From an uncultured Armatimonadetes bacterium (GTDB lineage Bacteria > Armatimonadota > UBA5829 > DTJY01), in NCBI GenBank assembly GCA_963717145.1, contig OY970325.1, forward strand, positions 1,952,001 to 2,016,000: a stretch of DNA of 64,000 bases, read 5' to 3'. Below, one piece after another: positions 62,117-64,000 of this stretch. The position numbers and the translations under genes are program-made. Below the pieces are notes generated by a model. That model did no database searches and had not been told where the DNA came from. It saw only the letters and a program-made list of their open reading frames with translations. Each line of letters starts with the position of its first letter. The first letter of the stretch is position 1.

Positions 62117-63822
62117 GGCTCTGTGACTGACCTCACGATCGCCGTGATGACGTTATCAACAAGTGTTTCATGTTCGGTGGCTATGGCATGAGATGGATCT
62201 GCTGCGACGCACTTGGCAATCGCTTTCTTGACATTCGACTCTGCGGATGAGCTCCAACCTTTGCCTCCGGCTGTGAACGCCCCCTGCATCCTGACAGACC
62301 ACTTCTCCTGTGAGGCCTGGAAGTTCGCTTTGTTCAACACAACTCCGAATGCTGACTGGACCTCATCCCAGTAGCAGTCAGTGGAGATCAAATCCTCAAG
62401 TTCGGTCTCTACCCGAGATGGTCGAGTCCACCGAAAGCAGTACTTGTCCGTGAGTTCGTCGCATGCCGTAGCCTTCTTCTCACACCCTCGGCCAGCCTTG
62501 TCATCGTCGACAAGCAATATGGGAGTGGCAACAGAGAGGCGGAGTGTGGATATCTTGTAGGCGATGTTCCCGGTCCCCTGCATGTGGTCGAACACCACCT
62601 TGCCCTTCGCAAGGAGATCCGCAAACGGAGTCGAGCGAGCCGAGAAGATAGCAGGCAGCGCGTCCATGTCGGTCGGACCCTCGACAAGGATCACATACTC
62701 CGCGGCAGTCAGATTGTCCTCAACCTGAACTCCGAGCGAGTCCCTCACCGCCTTGATACTGCTGGCTGGTGTCGCCTTTGACTTAGAGACGATGATATTC
62801 GCCTCCATCCGGTTGCGTGCCACCAGCAGAGGGCTATGCGTAGTAATGATGACTTGGTGCTCGCGGGCCATTTCCTGTAGTACCACCGCCAGTTGGCGAA
62901 CTGCCCCAGGGTGTAGGTGGGATTCTGGCTCCTCAATCGCGACAACAAGACCCCCGGATGTGCCAGTGGTTTTCGCAGCTCGCATCAGGGAGATAGCCAC
63001 CAGACTCTTGATACCATCTCCCTTGGCCTCCAAGTCCGTCGCCGTTCCATCATCAACTATGAACTGGGGAAGCCTGAGTCTGCCTCGATAGGGGTCATCA
63101 ATTGACCATCCGATCTGCACTGACTTCACGGTCGGAAGAAGCTGCCCAAGGTAGGTCTGAACATCTGATTCCAGCCGGTCGAAGACAGGTTTCTGGAGGT
63201 TTTCAACGGTCTGCAGTGCCGCAGTGTACTCCGGGTCCTTAGCCAGCACTTCAAGCTCTCTCTCGATCAGGGAACCAACGACATCAAGTGAAAGCTTGCT
63301 GGGCCGGACTGCAGGAATATACTGAAGATCGAAGAAGCTGCCGACGAAACGGGCTATCTCCCCGCTCTTCGCTGCGTACGTCTTCGCGCCCGGGCCCTGC
63401 TTCTTTACCTTGAACTGGACACCCCGTGCACCAACGCGGATCTCCAGCGGAAGACACTCATTGATGCTGCTGCCGCAGAGCTTCTTGAAAGCTGCCCGCT
63501 CGCTGGTTTTGAGCTGGAACTCAAGCGACAACACGGTCTGCCCGTTCGGCTGCTTTTCCTGGAGTTGTTGGGGGAAGTCACTCTGCCAGTCGTATGCCTC
63601 TCTCGGCAGCCAGAAGTTCGATGCACCTTTGGGACGTAGGAACCGCATCTTCTGCATACGGACGGACCGGAGGCATTCCATCCCTAGAACGAGGGCCCGA
63701 AGGAGATTCGACTTGCCCTCATTATTCGGACCCAGAATAACCGTGAGACCGCTCTCCAGTGGAAGACTCTGAGTCTTTGCGATGCTTCGGTAGTTCTGGA
63801 CCTGAATACTTCGTAGCTTCAT
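62113..63822 (-). CDS. OLD-family ATP-dependent endonuclease (ABC ATPase + TOPRIM)
   Basis: [41 protein letters not shown]. Confidence 0.88.
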
Positions 63823-64000
63823 AGGGCTTCTACCTCCGCGGCTTGCGGGACTGATATGTCGCCCGACATAAGCTTTGGGAGCAGGACATCGCGCGTCTCG
63901 GCAAGAGTGCGGGACTCCAGGCAGTTGCTCAGCAACATAGCCATGATGGGCGATACAGCGTTCTCGAAATGCTCTCTCAATATACTGGATGAGTCAACGA
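63819..64000 (-). CDS. hsdS: Type I R-M specificity subunit, C-terminus only
   Basis: ESRTLAETRDVLLPKLMSGDISV; ATGA overlap with the OLD gene. Confidence 0.88.
   Translation of the reverse strand, partial: VDSSSILREHFENAVSPIMAMLLSNCLESRTLAETRDVLLPKLMSGDISVPQAAEVEAL

Overview
GC-rich bacterial chromosome segment, mostly accessory. Two secreted proteins end in a paired-domain C-terminus (GLxNxGLLVxxWG...YxDDGS) that I associate with Armatimonadota, so that taxon is an inference. Left to right: (1) a partial sulfatase and a GH20/GH84-like hydrolase; (2) IS1182, then a PocR-5xGAF histidine kinase (frameshifted) with REC and REC-kinase genes, then a decayed IS66; (3) a GHL10 hydrolase; (4) a large PKD/Ig-RHS toxin split by a -1 frameshift, with two tandem immunity paralogs; (5) a Fic gene, R-M/Fic remnants and a 5'-truncated large serine recombinase; (6) a 2448-aa M6 protease/FG-GAP protein; (7) a four-gene operon: CBM-like membrane protein, dockerin-RHS-CBM giant, GT2 glycosyltransferase, cohesin plus putative anchor domain (best candidate for an undescribed system); (8) a secreted-protein operon with three FGE/CLec paralogs whose C-termini look like DGR variable repeats (no RT or template repeat in the window); (9) a defence island: type I R-M with an OLD nuclease between hsdS and hsdR, followed by four nuclease-like genes. 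All calls are from motif recognition by eye; no searches were run.
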